Assembly: GCF_006345805.1 (NCBI RefSeq)
Contig: NW_021829067.1
Coordinates: forward strand, 1 to 6,986
Direction of reading: 5' to 3'
DNA: 6,986 nt
Source of the DNA: Octopus sinensis
Lineage: Eukaryota
Made by a program: the position numbers and the translations under genes. Positions 6,529 to 6,986 of the stretch are shown here, piece by piece (positions within the stretch are counted from its first letter, which is position 1; every line of letters starts with the position of its first letter). Below the pieces are notes generated by a model. The model did no database searches, was not told the origin of the DNA, and was given only the letters and a program-made list of their open reading frames with translations.

Positions 6529-6765
6529 TTTACAATTGACTTTTTCCGTTCCATTCCGCTCTCTATTCAATTGTATTTCTGTCTATGTACTTTTTCCTGT
6601 GTAATTGTAAAAATTCATATTTTAGAATGCATTCTAAGCTGATGCATTCATTGTTTATCGTTCAAGTTTCTTTAAAATATCATTTTAACAACAGATCTGT
6701 TACAATATTTAGAATGTTAGCTAAGAGAGCAAACACATACTGTTTTTGTCATCCATACCTTCTCC

Positions 6766-6780
6766 ATTATTATATTATTA

Positions 6781-6816
<36 letters not shown>

Positions 6817-6916
6817 TATTATTATTATTATCATTATTATTTATTATTATTATCAATTATTATTATTATCATTATTATTATTATTATTATTTTATTATTA
6901 TTATTATTATTATCAT
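6766..6916. repeat. (ATT)n/(TAA)n microsatellite, about 150 bp, with CAT interruptions
   Basis: Directly visible trinucleotide array. Confidence 0.97.
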
Positions 6917-6986
6917 TCAGTAGTTTATTTTTATAGCGTGCTTTCACTTCACTACCGAGCGCAGCTCTGTGTGCCTTGGGTATGTG
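6917..6986 (-). mobile_element. Probable 3' UTR end of a non-LTR retrotransposon (Dong/R4-like) abutting (TAA)n; runs off the window
   Basis: The minus strand reads CACATACCCAAGGCACACAGAGCTGCGCTCGGTAGTGAAGTGAAAGCACGCTATAAAAATAAACTACTGAA followed by (TAA)n, with AATAAA at 6929-6924. It resembles an octopus repeat end I recall. No coding sequence is in the window, so the family assignment is tentative. Confidence 0.4.

Noticed and set aside
6585-6923. 112-aa ORF with poly-Ile/Tyr/Leu
   Set aside because: Translation of the (ATT)n array.

Overview
This is AT-rich, microsatellite-rich animal genomic DNA, not prokaryotic. The SINE sequences match my recollection of coleoid cephalopod (probably Octopus) repeats, which is an inference not checked against a database. 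No complete protein-coding gene is present, and most track ORFs are artefacts of simple repeats or SINEs. The window has four main contents. (1) A 1.75-kb retroposon pile-up at about 700-2440 holds seven copies or fragments of one tRNA-derived SINE family and one SINE of a second family. It includes a three-level nested insertion with readable target-site duplications (TSDs) and a TSD-flanked dimer. (2) A complete 396-bp non-autonomous Helitron lies at 6133-6528 on the minus strand. (3) There are several long microsatellites, and a probable non-LTR retrotransposon 3' end abuts a (TAA)n array at the right edge. (4) One good and one weaker candidate spliced exon lie on the + strand, so most of the window may be intron. 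The most interesting signal is that all three copies of one SINE tail variant end at ...GAAATA and are followed by (G/T)GTAT. GGTAT also occurs in the SINE's own head, suggesting a sequence-targeting, self-nesting SINE subfamily.
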